From the NCBI GenBank assembly GCA_013265495.1, contig MU062090.1:3039679-3103678 (forward strand): 64,000 bases of DNA, in the 5' to 3' direction. Positions 39,384 to 49,397 of this stretch are shown here, in pieces; positions within the stretch are counted from its first letter, which is position 1, and each line of letters starts with the position of its first letter. Under the pieces are notes generated by a model. It saw only the letters and a list, made by a program, of their open reading frames with translations, made no database searches and had not been told where the DNA came from. The position numbers were made by a program, and so were the translations under genes. The DNA comes from Vicugna vicugna (lineage: Eukaryota).

Positions 39384-39628
39384 TTACGATTTTTGCTTAC
39401 CATCACGGCTTCAGAACTCTGGAGGAACTGGAATTGCTGTGCCTGTGTATACAGAGGCTCGCTTTGCTGGGACTGGGCAGGAACTGGATCCTCTTCTTCT
39501 CTGTGTTCATCTAATCAGTACCTGGCCCAGCTTTGATGTTCTATAAATAATGGTTATGGTGATTGTGAAATGAATCCCCTGCTTTGCAGACTAGTGATCA
39601 ACCTGATCTTTGGGCTGTATTGTAACAG

Positions 39629-39794
39629 GAGAGACACTTAGAGCACTGCCTGAACTTGAAGAGTTGAACTTGTCCTGGAACAGTAGTGGGAGGAAACTTG
39701 CCTCTGATCCTCCAGGCATTGTGAGAAGGGAGAAGGATACATGCGCTGGAACTCGTGGACTGTGTCCTCACATCAGATGATGGGGCATTTGTGG
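39629..39794 (+). pseudogene. LRRC31: LRRC31 exon 4 remnant (166 nt; frameshift and stop)
   Basis: taacag|GAGAGACACTT...TTTGTGG|gtgagc. Reads (G)[18 protein letters not shown], then a 2-nt deletion near 39685, then [35 protein letters not shown] with TGA at 39722-39724. Human has [56 protein letters not shown]. Confidence 0.92.
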
Positions 39795-39811
39795 GTGAGC
39801 GGAATTCGGAA

Positions 39812-40288
39812 TGTTACCGGAGGCAAGTTCATGTACCTGCTCCACTATGAGGCCAAACAAACGGAAACATTGAGGTTTGGAGCAAAGAAAGGTTTACTGC
39901 AGGGCTGAGCAAGGAGGATGAGGCAGCCTGTGCCCAAGAAAATCCCAAACTCCTCGAAGGGTTTCAGCAAAGCATATTTAAAGGCCAGATAAGGGGGGTG
40001 GGGGTCTCAGGGTACGTGATCAGCTCGTGCACAATTCACTGATTGGTTGATGTTGAGGTAACAGGGCAGCCAACACTATCAACCTCCAGTAGCCAGAAGG
40101 TCTGGGGGCTACATAATCTCAATCATCAAGTAGTTAACTTCTTCCTTTTGGTGGTGGTTGTAAGCACCTGAAAAACTCAGGAAACATACATGAGATACTA
40201 TTATGGGTACTTCAGAAAGGAGCTACAGCAGAGGGTATGGGGGAGAGATCTGACCCTGGAAGGCCCCACAGGGTCCTGCTTGGTTACA
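39812..40288 (-). mobile_element. ERV1 solo LTR in LRRC31 intron 4
   Basis: TGTTAC...GTTACA ends; same family as 56102-56345. Confidence 0.8.
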
Positions 40289-40471
40289 AGAGGAGTCCTT
40301 CTCAGGAAAAAATGTGATGACGCCCATGAATGGAGAGCTTGGGAGTCAAAGATGGCTGTGTCTTCTCTTACCCTGAATTGAAAGAGTGGCTCCCTCCGTC
40401 CCAGGTCACACGAAGTTGTACTCCCCCTCCTGCTGCCCTAACTTTCACACCCAGCATCTTTTCTTTACTGA

Positions 40472-40696
<225 letters not shown>

Positions 40697-41110
40697 TAAT
40701 TTTATTTTCTATTTAATTTTTTAAGCTGTTGGGAAATACAACAAAATATGAACAGTGGTTATGTTGAGGAATAAGATTATGGGTGATTTACATCTTCTTC
40801 ACATTTTATTTATTTTCTATGTCCTTTACAGTGCGCATATACCTTCATGATTACAAAAATAACCTTCTAAAAACAACTGGCTCTGAAAAGGCCAGGATAT
40901 TTTAGGTTTGAGAGAGATACAGGGCAAAATAAAAGTTTCTGTGCTACTAAAGCTCTCCATTTTCCTCTTAACTTTTGAAAATGCCAGTATTATTTTCTGC
41001 TTAGTAGCAGGAAGGAATTGATCCTGAAAAAAAGAACCTACCCCCTGTCCGCCCCTCTCCTGCCTACCACCTTGTAATACGTCAGAAAGGGATTTTGACC
41101 CTCTTTGTCG

Positions 41111-41192
41111 ATGCTGTTTTAGACACTTGTGTGAGCTGAGAAAACTAGACAAGGTGCTGGGCAGAGGGCCTGAAGACTCCTCAGGGTTGGCA
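41111..41192 (+). pseudogene. LRRC31: LRRC31 exon 6 remnant (truncated)
   Basis: tttgtCG|ATGCTGTTTTAGACACTTGTGTGAGCTGAGAAAACTAGAC AAGGTGCTGGGCAGAGGGCCTGAAGACTCC matches human DAAFRYLGELRKLD(LSCN)KDLGGGFEDS. Acceptor is CG, there is a 1-nt and a roughly 12-nt deletion, and homology stops near 41192. Confidence 0.8.
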
Positions 41193-41469
41193 GAGGTGTC
41201 TGCTCACACGTTTCTATTCTCATATGCTCTAATCAAATTATGTTTTGCTTTCTTTTTGCTACACTAATTGCAGTCATTGCCTGAAAGACATGCAGAATTT
41301 GAAATCAATACTACTCCAAAAGAAGTCATCAGGATGAGGGGGTCTTGAGTGGTAAATGGGGATGTTTTAGGTAATGATTCTTCAATTCCTTGGGCATCCC
41401 CATGAACTCCGTGAACACCTGTGCGGGTACAAAAAAACCTATGAGCAGATGTTCATGGCAGCTTTATTC

Positions 41470-41848
41470 ATAATAGTCAAAAACTGGAAACGGAACAACA
41501 TCCTTCAGTGGGAGAATGGTGAAACAAACTATGCAGTATTACTCAGCAACCAGAAAGGAGAGAACTGCTGATCCATGCACCACTCGCATGAACTGCCAGT
41601 GAATTCTGCAGAGTAAAAAGGCCAGTCCCCAAAGTTACATCCTATATGATTCCATTTACATGATCTTCTCAAATTTAGAGATGGAGAACAAAATTATAGA
41701 GAGAGAGAACAGGTTAGGGATTGGGAGAGGGGTAGGTGGCAGGTGTCACTAAACAGCACAAGGGAGACTGGCAGTGATGGAACAGTTCTGTAGCTTGATT
41801 GGGGTGGTGGCTGTGCAAAAGCTACAGGTAACAAAACTGCATTGGATT

Positions 41849-41884
<36 letters not shown>

Positions 41885-42065
41885 ATGTATAACTGATGGA
41901 ATCTGAATAAGCTCTGAATAGTACTTTCGACCACTGTCTGGTTTTGTTACTGTACTATAGTTACGTAAGGTGTCAACAGTGAGGGCGGGTGAAGGTGCAT
42001 GGACATCCCTGTACATTTCTTTTGAACTTCCTGTGAATTATTTCATAATAAAAAGTTTTTAAAGT
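41470..42065 (+). mobile_element. Old L1 3' end containing a (CA)n microsatellite and AATAAA (42047-42052)
   Basis: TTCATGGCAGCTTTATTCATAATAGTCAAAAACTGGAAAC...TTTCATAATAAAAAG. Confidence 0.8.
41852..41880 (+). repeat. (CA)n microsatellite
   Basis: Direct reading. Confidence 0.95.
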
Positions 42066-42244
42066 AGACATGATAGTACAATGAACCTCCGTGTACCTAT
42101 CACATGCTTCTACAATTACCAACTCTGGCCAATCTTGTTTTATTTGTATCCTCCACACTTACCTCTCTCCCTGATACTGTTCTGAAGCAATACGATCCCA
42201 GGCATCATTTCATTTTTATCCATAAACATTTCAGTAAAAAAATC

Positions 42245-42361
42245 TTTATTTTTCTATGTAACCGTAAGTCTACAAATCAGTTTCGTGTGGTTGGCATCTA
42301 ATTCCTAGAGATTTTCCTTCTTAATCCATCAGGATTCATTATCTCATTTCATACATTTATT
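42245..42361 (-). terminator. LRRIQ4 candidate polyadenylation signals (AATAAA at 42356-42361 and 42245-42250)
   Basis: Two minus-strand AATAAA hexamers, 3 nt and about 115 nt after the stop codon. Confidence 0.6.
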
Positions 42362-42364
42362 GAG

Positions 42365-42517
42365 TTATTTCTTATTTCCCTTTACAGGTTTTCCTTTTGC
42401 AACCTTCTTTCCTTTCTTATCTTTTGGAGAATTCTTTCCCTTCTTTTGCAATTTTAGCAGTTCTTCAAATCTCCCCAGTCCTCTCCAGACCATGATTCCA
42501 CGCCACCACGCCTGAAT
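42365..42517 (-). CDS. LRRIQ4: LRRIQ4 coding exon 5 (153 nt; IQ motif and Lys-rich tail, stop TAA)
   Basis: ttttcag|ATTCAGGCGTGGTGGCGT...; IQAWWRGIMVWRGLGRFEELLKLQKKGKNSPKDKKGKKVAKGKPVKGNKK*. The five exons sum to 1686 nt = 561 aa + stop, in frame throughout. Confidence 0.96.
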   Translation of the reverse strand: MQAWWRGIMVWRGLGRFEELLKLQKKGKNSPKDKKGKKVAKGKPVKGNKK

Positions 42518-43242
42518 CTGAAAACAAGACAAACCAGAACAGCGTCAGCTCGTATCACGGTGGACGGGGATGGTTACATCTCTTTGTTCCAGACTGTGGT
42601 TTTTAAGATGAGGAGAATGGAATGTGACTAGACCTCTAAACCTTATTTTCTCTCTTTCTCAATTGGCCAGCCATCCAGGCAAACAATTCTAAAAGTATTT
42701 AATGCTTTTATGTGCCAGGCACAGTTCTAGACTTTTAGGAAACAGCAGTTAAATACCAACGTCCCCGACTTTGTAAGCCTCGTAGTCCAGTGAGGGGAAA
42801 AGACAGTAAACAATAAACACGTGACTGTGTACTTGACAGATGGTGGTAAGTGCCCCGGAAGTGGCTGCACAGCACGGGGAATCGGGAGGCCGGTCCCCGC
42901 CTTCCCTCTCGTTCCTGGACCGTGAGTGCTCCTACCGACAGCCGGCCCTCACTGGCTCTTGCGATCCTATTCCCTCGCACCTACTCAAGAACTTCCCTTC
43001 TCTAGGAGACTCTTCAAAGCTACCAGTGGCTCCCCGTTCAGAATTAAAAACTCAAGTCCTTGCGATGGCTTACAAGGCCTTGTCTGACCTGTGCTCTCCC
43101 TCCTGACTTCCTAACTCTCCCCATGCTCACTCGCCCAGGCATATCCAGGCACCACCCAGCTCAGGGCCTTTGCCTGGAACACTCTTCCCAGTGTTCAGAG
43201 GGCTGACCCCTCCACTTCCTCAACAATTTGTTCAAATGTCAT

Positions 43243-43622
43243 TGCTATGGACTGAATTATGTCCTCCCCTCCCCACAATTTATGTGTTAAAGCACTAAAC
43301 CCAGTGTCGTGGTATTTGGGGATGGTGCCTTGGGAAGTAATTAGGTTTAGGTAAGATCATGAGGGTGGGGCTCTTGCGATGGAATGGTGCGTTTATGAGA
43401 AGAGACATCAGAAAGCTTGCTCTCTCTCTCTCTCTGTCTGTCTTATGAGGACATAGTGAGAAGGCAGCCAGCTGCACAGCAGAAAGGGAGCGCTCACCAG
43501 AAACCAAACATGCTAGCACCATGATCCTGGACTTCCAGCTCCCAGGACTACGAGAAGATACATTTCTATTGGTCAAGCTGCCCAGCTTATGGTATATTGT
43601 TACAGTCACCTGAGCTGAGACA
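43243..43622 (+). mobile_element. MLT1A-type solo LTR inserted in L2
   Basis: TGCTATGGACTGAAT...GCTGAGACA; 5-bp TSD GTCAT/ATCAT; L2 continues on both sides. Confidence 0.85.
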
Positions 43623-44537
43623 ATCATTTTTCCAATGAGGCCTACCCTGACCATCTCATTTAAAATGAAATCCCAATAATACACACACACACACTACTTC
43701 TGGCAACCTCAGTTCCCCTTAGTTTGAACTTTTTCCCAATACCACTTAATTGCTTTCTAGCATAGTATACAAATTTATGTTTTATATTCCATGTTCTTAT
43801 TCCCATCACACTAGGCTTTAAGCAATATGAGGATAGAAATATTTGTCCATTTTGTTTGCTGCTTTTTCCAGTGCATAGAACAGTGCCTGGTATGTAGCAG
43901 AAGCTCAATAAGTATTTGTTAAATGAATGAATAAATGGATGAGGTAGCTGGAGGTATGCTGTTTTATATAAGGTGGATCAAGGGCAGGTATGAGGATATT
44001 TGAGCAGAGAATGAGCTGCGTGAGGGCCAGAGTTTTGTCCACATCTGGGCAAAGCACCTCTGGGCTGAGGCAGGAGCAAGCCTGGCCCTTGGGAAAATAC
44101 AAAGGATCACATTTGTGACTGAAGTAAAGTGAAAACGGGAAGGGCGAGGTGGGGAGGGACAGCAGCAGATCAGTTAGGGTGGGGGTTTTCCCAGAGACAG
44201 TATTGCCTGGGAGAGGCATTCTGGAAATTCACTGGGCTTTTTGTTGTGTTAAGATTTAACAGTAATCAATTGCGTGACATGCATCCTTGTCCATGGACTT
44301 TCCAAGGGTGTGCGGGCTTGGACCGGTGGGAGCAACTCATTTTCAGAGCTTCAACTTCCATACGTGCCCCTCCCTAGAATGTACCTGCCTATGAACACAA
44401 CTGCTGATTCTCTAGTCCCACCTCCCCCTTCACAACCGCCCCTCTGGGCATCCACCTGAGTCTGACTAGGGGGTATTGCCCTGAACTCCAAAAACCTCTG
44501 GGACGCCAAAAAAAGGGACAATTCAAAACAGCAGTTT

Positions 44538-44692
44538 TGGGGGGCAGGGGATAGCTCGAGTGGTAGAGCTTATGCTTAGCATGCAGGAGGTCCTGGGTTC
44601 AATCCCCAGTACTTCCTCTAAAAATAAGTAAGTAAACTTAATTACCTCTACCCCTTCAATTAAAAAAAAAAAGAGAGAGAGAGAGAGAGAGA
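44538..44692 (+). mobile_element. tRNA-derived camelid SINE with (GA)n tail
   Basis: GGGGATAGCTCGAGTGGTAGAGC...GGTTCAATCCCCAGTAC; AGCAGT flanks. Confidence 0.85.
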
Positions 44693-46627
44693 GCAGTATT
44701 GATGTTGGCTCTAAGGACTGGGCAACCAGTCCTGGTGGTTTTGCCTTCAAGAAAACTGAAGTTGATTTGCCAGCTAAGAGCCTGCTGCCTACTTTCTGGG
44801 GTATATCTGGAAGAAGTTCAGAGATGTGTGAGGCATTGCCATTTAAAAGAAAATAATATGTGCAAAAAAAAAGCTGCTATTTTTGTCAGCTTGTGAATTG
44901 AACAAGGTTTCTTAGTGTTTTACCTGTAAAATGAAAACTAGGAATAGAAATGATGCCAAACCCTGTGTCATCCTAGCAATAAGTAATATTCATGCAAGGA
45001 TGTATAAACTATGTAAAGAAAATCTTTCCCATTTGCATATGTATTTTCCCCAAATCCTGTAAGTCAAATAATTAAATACCAAAATTTATAATAGATTTAT
45101 TGTTTGGTTAATTTTATACTACTAATAATTGTAGTAAGACTCAATCCAGAACATTAAAACCCTATGATCACAGGGAAACATTTTTTAATTTCAAAATTGA
45201 ATTTATTTGAATATTTTTGTAGCCCAGAAGTATGAAAGGTGATCTATAAATGACTTTAAAATTATATACATATATAAACACTATACACACACACACATAT
45301 ATATAAATATTAAGATGAATTCTGAGGGGAAAGTGGAATGGAAATATATGCTCAATAAGAAAAAGATATGACAACATTTTTGCATGTAAAATAAGAGCTC
45401 TTTAAAATATTTTGTAAATTGATGTTTACTGACATATTAGATCATAATGGTATTTAGATTCCATTGGCTACATTTAGATAACTCTGTTTTAAGATGTCAC
45501 TGTGTAAAGTACACTGGAAAGTAAATTGTTTCACTGATTTAAACTTAGTAGCAAAAAATGTTAAATATCAATTTTAAAATGTGCAAGATGGTGCGGGGTT
45601 TTTCAGAATGCTTTTCAGAAGTATCCCAAAAGTATTATCTTCATTCTTCCAGTGTAGTCATACTGAGTATACACAAACTAAAATTAATATTTTAATATAA
45701 AATTTTCTTTTTCCTTTATGTTGCAGCTTGGGCATTATTTTGATTTATTAAAATTACATGTTTTGGGTAGTTTATGTTATCTATGAGTTTGATTTCAGAT
45801 GAGTAAAGGAAGACACACACACAATAATTATTAGGAAAAGGAGGTTGTTAGGTGTGATACAGTTGAGGGCCCTTGTCAGAGGGTCTTCCAGACCAAAGAC
45901 TAACTCTAATTCCAGGTGCAATGGAACATTGTCGATTTCAGCAGAGGCGTGGCAAGACCTGGCCTGTGTTTTAACAGCGCCAGTCTGACTGCTGAGTGGA
46001 AGACGTATCCTAGGGGGAGCAGGCGAGGAAGTAGGGACACTAGTTGAGGACTAATGCTGTCATCTGGTGTGAGATGACTGGGGCTGGGACCCACTGAATG
46101 AAGACTACTGAATACTGACTGAAGTCGACACATTCCTGGTCTACCCGGGGTATCCCTATGTCTCCAGGGGCTTGGTGGGCAAGGAGAGGGACTCGGCTCT
46201 TAGCCCTTTGACCCTAGCTAGTGGCAGAGTGGAACTCTGGTCTCTAGACCTCTGCTCCATAAATGCTTTCATTTCTGATTTTTCAGCCTTATTTTACTGG
46301 CTTCGTTAATATAAGCTTTTCATTCTAGTGAGTAGTCCAACAGTTTTAGATCATTTGGGGATTTGAAATTTGGGTTTCTTTTGCCTATTTGTTGGCTTCT
46401 TACCTGACAAACAGAAAAGGAACAGAGAAGACAAAAAATACTAGGGTGATGTTCAAAAATCTCTTGCTTAGCCCTGGGGATATGAAAGTAAACAAGAATT
46501 CCTATTCTCAAGGAGGACAAGGTACAGACGCACAAAGAGCAGCCCCACAGGGTAACCTGTAAAGTGTAGCATTAACCCTACTCCAAGAATCTCTGAATAT
46601 ATGATCCAGAATTTTTGCTGGTTTTAC

Positions 46628-46824
46628 CTTTGTTGCCATTATTTTCATAATTCTTGTATTTTTAAGATATTCCCGCACAGCCTCACTGCCTTGGGTGCAC
46701 ACTTCCATTGGGGGTTCTGCCATGGGATTGTCCATCAGTGTCAGAACCTTTAGATTCTCCAGACTATCCAAATTCTCCGGAAGATGGGTGATCAAGTTGT
46801 CCTCGAGTAGTAATTTTTTCAAAG
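46628..46824 (-). CDS. LRRIQ4: LRRIQ4 coding exon 4 (197 nt)
   Basis: tttcag|CTTTGAAA...ACAAAG|gtaaaa; (A)LKKLLLEDNLITHLPENLDSLENLKVLTLMDNPMAEPPMEVCTQGSEAVREYLKNTRIMKIMATK; phase 1/0. Confidence 0.96.
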
Positions 46825-47854
46825 CTGAAACAATTTAAAAAAATAGATTTGTCTTAAAAATAAGCAAAATTAAAACATGTGTTCTTTAGTCCAATCACTT
46901 TGAAATATTTGTTTCCTGCTGGGCCATGTAGCAAAAGACATCACATTTAATGAGGCAAACCAAGTTCTCTTTTTTATAACAACCCAAAGTTATTGGAGCC
47001 AGTGTTATTAGGTATTAGAGACAGGAAAACAGTTAACACCAAAAAATGTTGAGAATATTTCCATTCCTCCAGGGACCAAGGACAGGATAAAAATGCATGG
47101 TCAGGAGCTTGACTCAGGAGAACTGTATACCCATCCCCTGCTTCTAATCTTTGAGTGTCCTGTGGGTCGGCAACAGCTTCCATTCATATTCCTTCATCCT
47201 CCTTTCATTAAAAAAATCATCGTAGTTTGGAAACATATCTGTAAACACAAAGATGCAGCACACTATGGCAAAAAATCCCACTTTTTAATCTAGTTCCACT
47301 AGGAGCTCAGCCGAAGCCTGTAGAGTAGATGGGTGGGTTTACAAATAAAAAATGGTTTAGCCTAGTGGAAAAATGTTTGTGTGTCTAAATATGAATCTAT
47401 GACTTTTTCATGTCAATCATATAGCTCCAAAAGTCCCTCCTTGCTAATTTCATCACTCTGGGTCATACTTTTCCTTTTATTCAGGTGACTTAGTGACCTA
47501 ATGCAAATTTACTACAGAGTCCCCAATTCCAAATTCTGGCAGATAGTAGGTAGTCAGTAAATTCTTGTTCGTGGTATAATGACTGTACGGGTACGGATGA
47601 ATGCTAATTTTCTTAGCAGTTGCTATTTACTTTTCAGGTCCCAATGAACAATCTAACCGCCTTTGTGAGGCTGTTAGCATATTAATCAGGCACCTGGTCT
47701 TCCCCACATCACTAGGAAGCCCTGCAAGGAGGTAATGTGGTAGGTCTCAGCTCTCAACACTGAGGTTGGTCTTCAGCAGTGCAAGGAAGCCTTCAGTCAT
47801 GGGAAATCCTGACCTCAAACTCTACTGGGCTGCGAATCTACAAAGATTCCTCAC

Positions 47855-47993
47855 CTTGCGCTTGGCAAATGGCATCTGGAAGTTGCTTAATCAGATTGTG
47901 GCAGCAATCAAGAATTTCCAGGTTAGGCATTGATCCCAAGGATACAGGAAGTTCCTCAAGATGATTGTTCTCTACATACAGCTCTTTAAGACT
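47855..47993 (-). CDS. LRRIQ4: LRRIQ4 coding exon 3 (139 nt)
   Basis: atttcag|AGTCTTAAA...GCGCAAG|gtgagg; SLKELYVENNHLEELPVSLGSMPNLEILDCCHNLIKQLPDAICQAQ; phase 0/1. Absent from the ORF track; translated by hand. Confidence 0.95.
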
Positions 47994-49223
47994 CTGAAAT
48001 AACATGAGCATATAATAATCCTTACACTGATAAAGGAATTATAATGACCAGAATCACCTCTGAGTTCCCATGTTCTTTCAATGAGGATATTATGCTTTGG
48101 GATAAAGGGAAAAACATTTAAAGACCCATCATCAAAAATTACAATTATTTTTGTGTTAAGCCATTAGATGTGGTTCCCATGTATGTAGGGAAAAGAGAAC
48201 ACAGGAATCTGGTGTTTATTTGTTTCAGGAGAATTTTGTGGAAAAAACAATTTGGATCATTTAACTACAAATGTCATTTTGCTCCTGTTCAGTAGCCAAA
48301 TATCGGTGGCAGTTGCTATAGTACTGTAATTGTCTCAAATATCAATCCAGCATTGCCCAAGTGGAAATAGCCAAAATGTACAGAGAATAGGCTAACTATA
48401 TTCAAATTCACTGGATAAAAATTTAACATCTGCATTTCACTCTAAGACTCTGGAGAGTGTTGCATGACATGGACAAGGAGCAAGTTGATGAAAGGAGTTC
48501 TGCGAACACAGGGCAAAGGGATGGAGAATTAGGAAGAGGTGAGAAGTACCTGTGCTATATATGCCATTGCTCAGTTTCATGACTGGGAGTTATGCAGTGG
48601 CTTAAACCTACTTTATCAGTATTAAGAGTGTAGCACCAGGAACATGAAAAAATAATTCTTTTAAGTCCGCATACATAAAGACACAACAGTATGGCTACTT
48701 TGAATGATGTTATCTTGTTGCTCTGCTAGGACTGAGCACAGTGCTGTGGACCCATCTTTAGCATGAACCTGGTGCAATAGTTAAATAAACCATGATTCGC
48801 TGTCTACCATGCTGGGAGGGAAATCAGACCACCCAATCTAAACTGCAGAATCCCAGCCATGTCATCTGTATGATATTTTAGCTTCAAAATAATACAATTT
48901 TCAGGGAATACTTACAAAAAGTAGAAATTAATTGGAAAGTGGCATGGCTCAATTTCTGCAAATAAAACATGTCAAACCCCACAGAAGAAATGAGTATGGC
49001 ATGACATATCCAAGAGCAGTCACAATAAAATGTTCTTTGAGTGTGGGTTGTTAAGGAAGACAGTGGGAGCTTCAAAGTGTAATAATGACTGCTTGCTGGG
49101 AGCTGGAAATCTAGTATGGATAAGTCCACAAGCATGAGAACCCCACCATGTTTTCTCAGTGTCAGCCAGTTGAAGGGAACAGTGGGCGTGTACTTCCTTG
49201 CCTGCTCGTTTTGGGAGGCTTAC

Positions 49224-49397
49224 CTGTAGTTTCCTAATGCATTCTGGTAGATGGGTAAGCTTGGCTCCCTGATCTTGGCCAATGTATAATTTCTCTAAAG
49301 ACTCCAAAGAAAGAATTTCTTCTGGAAATGAAGAGAACTGATTCCCGCTTAGTCCAAGAATCTTCAGTTTTGAAAGTGAACCAAAGTCTGAAGGTAA
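49224..49397 (-). CDS. LRRIQ4: LRRIQ4 coding exon 2 (174 nt)
   Basis: ttccag|TTACCTTCA...CTACAG|gtaagc; LPSDFGSLSKLKILGLSGNQFSSFPEEILSLESLEKLYIGQDQGAKLTHLPECIRKLQ; phase 0/0. Confidence 0.96.
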
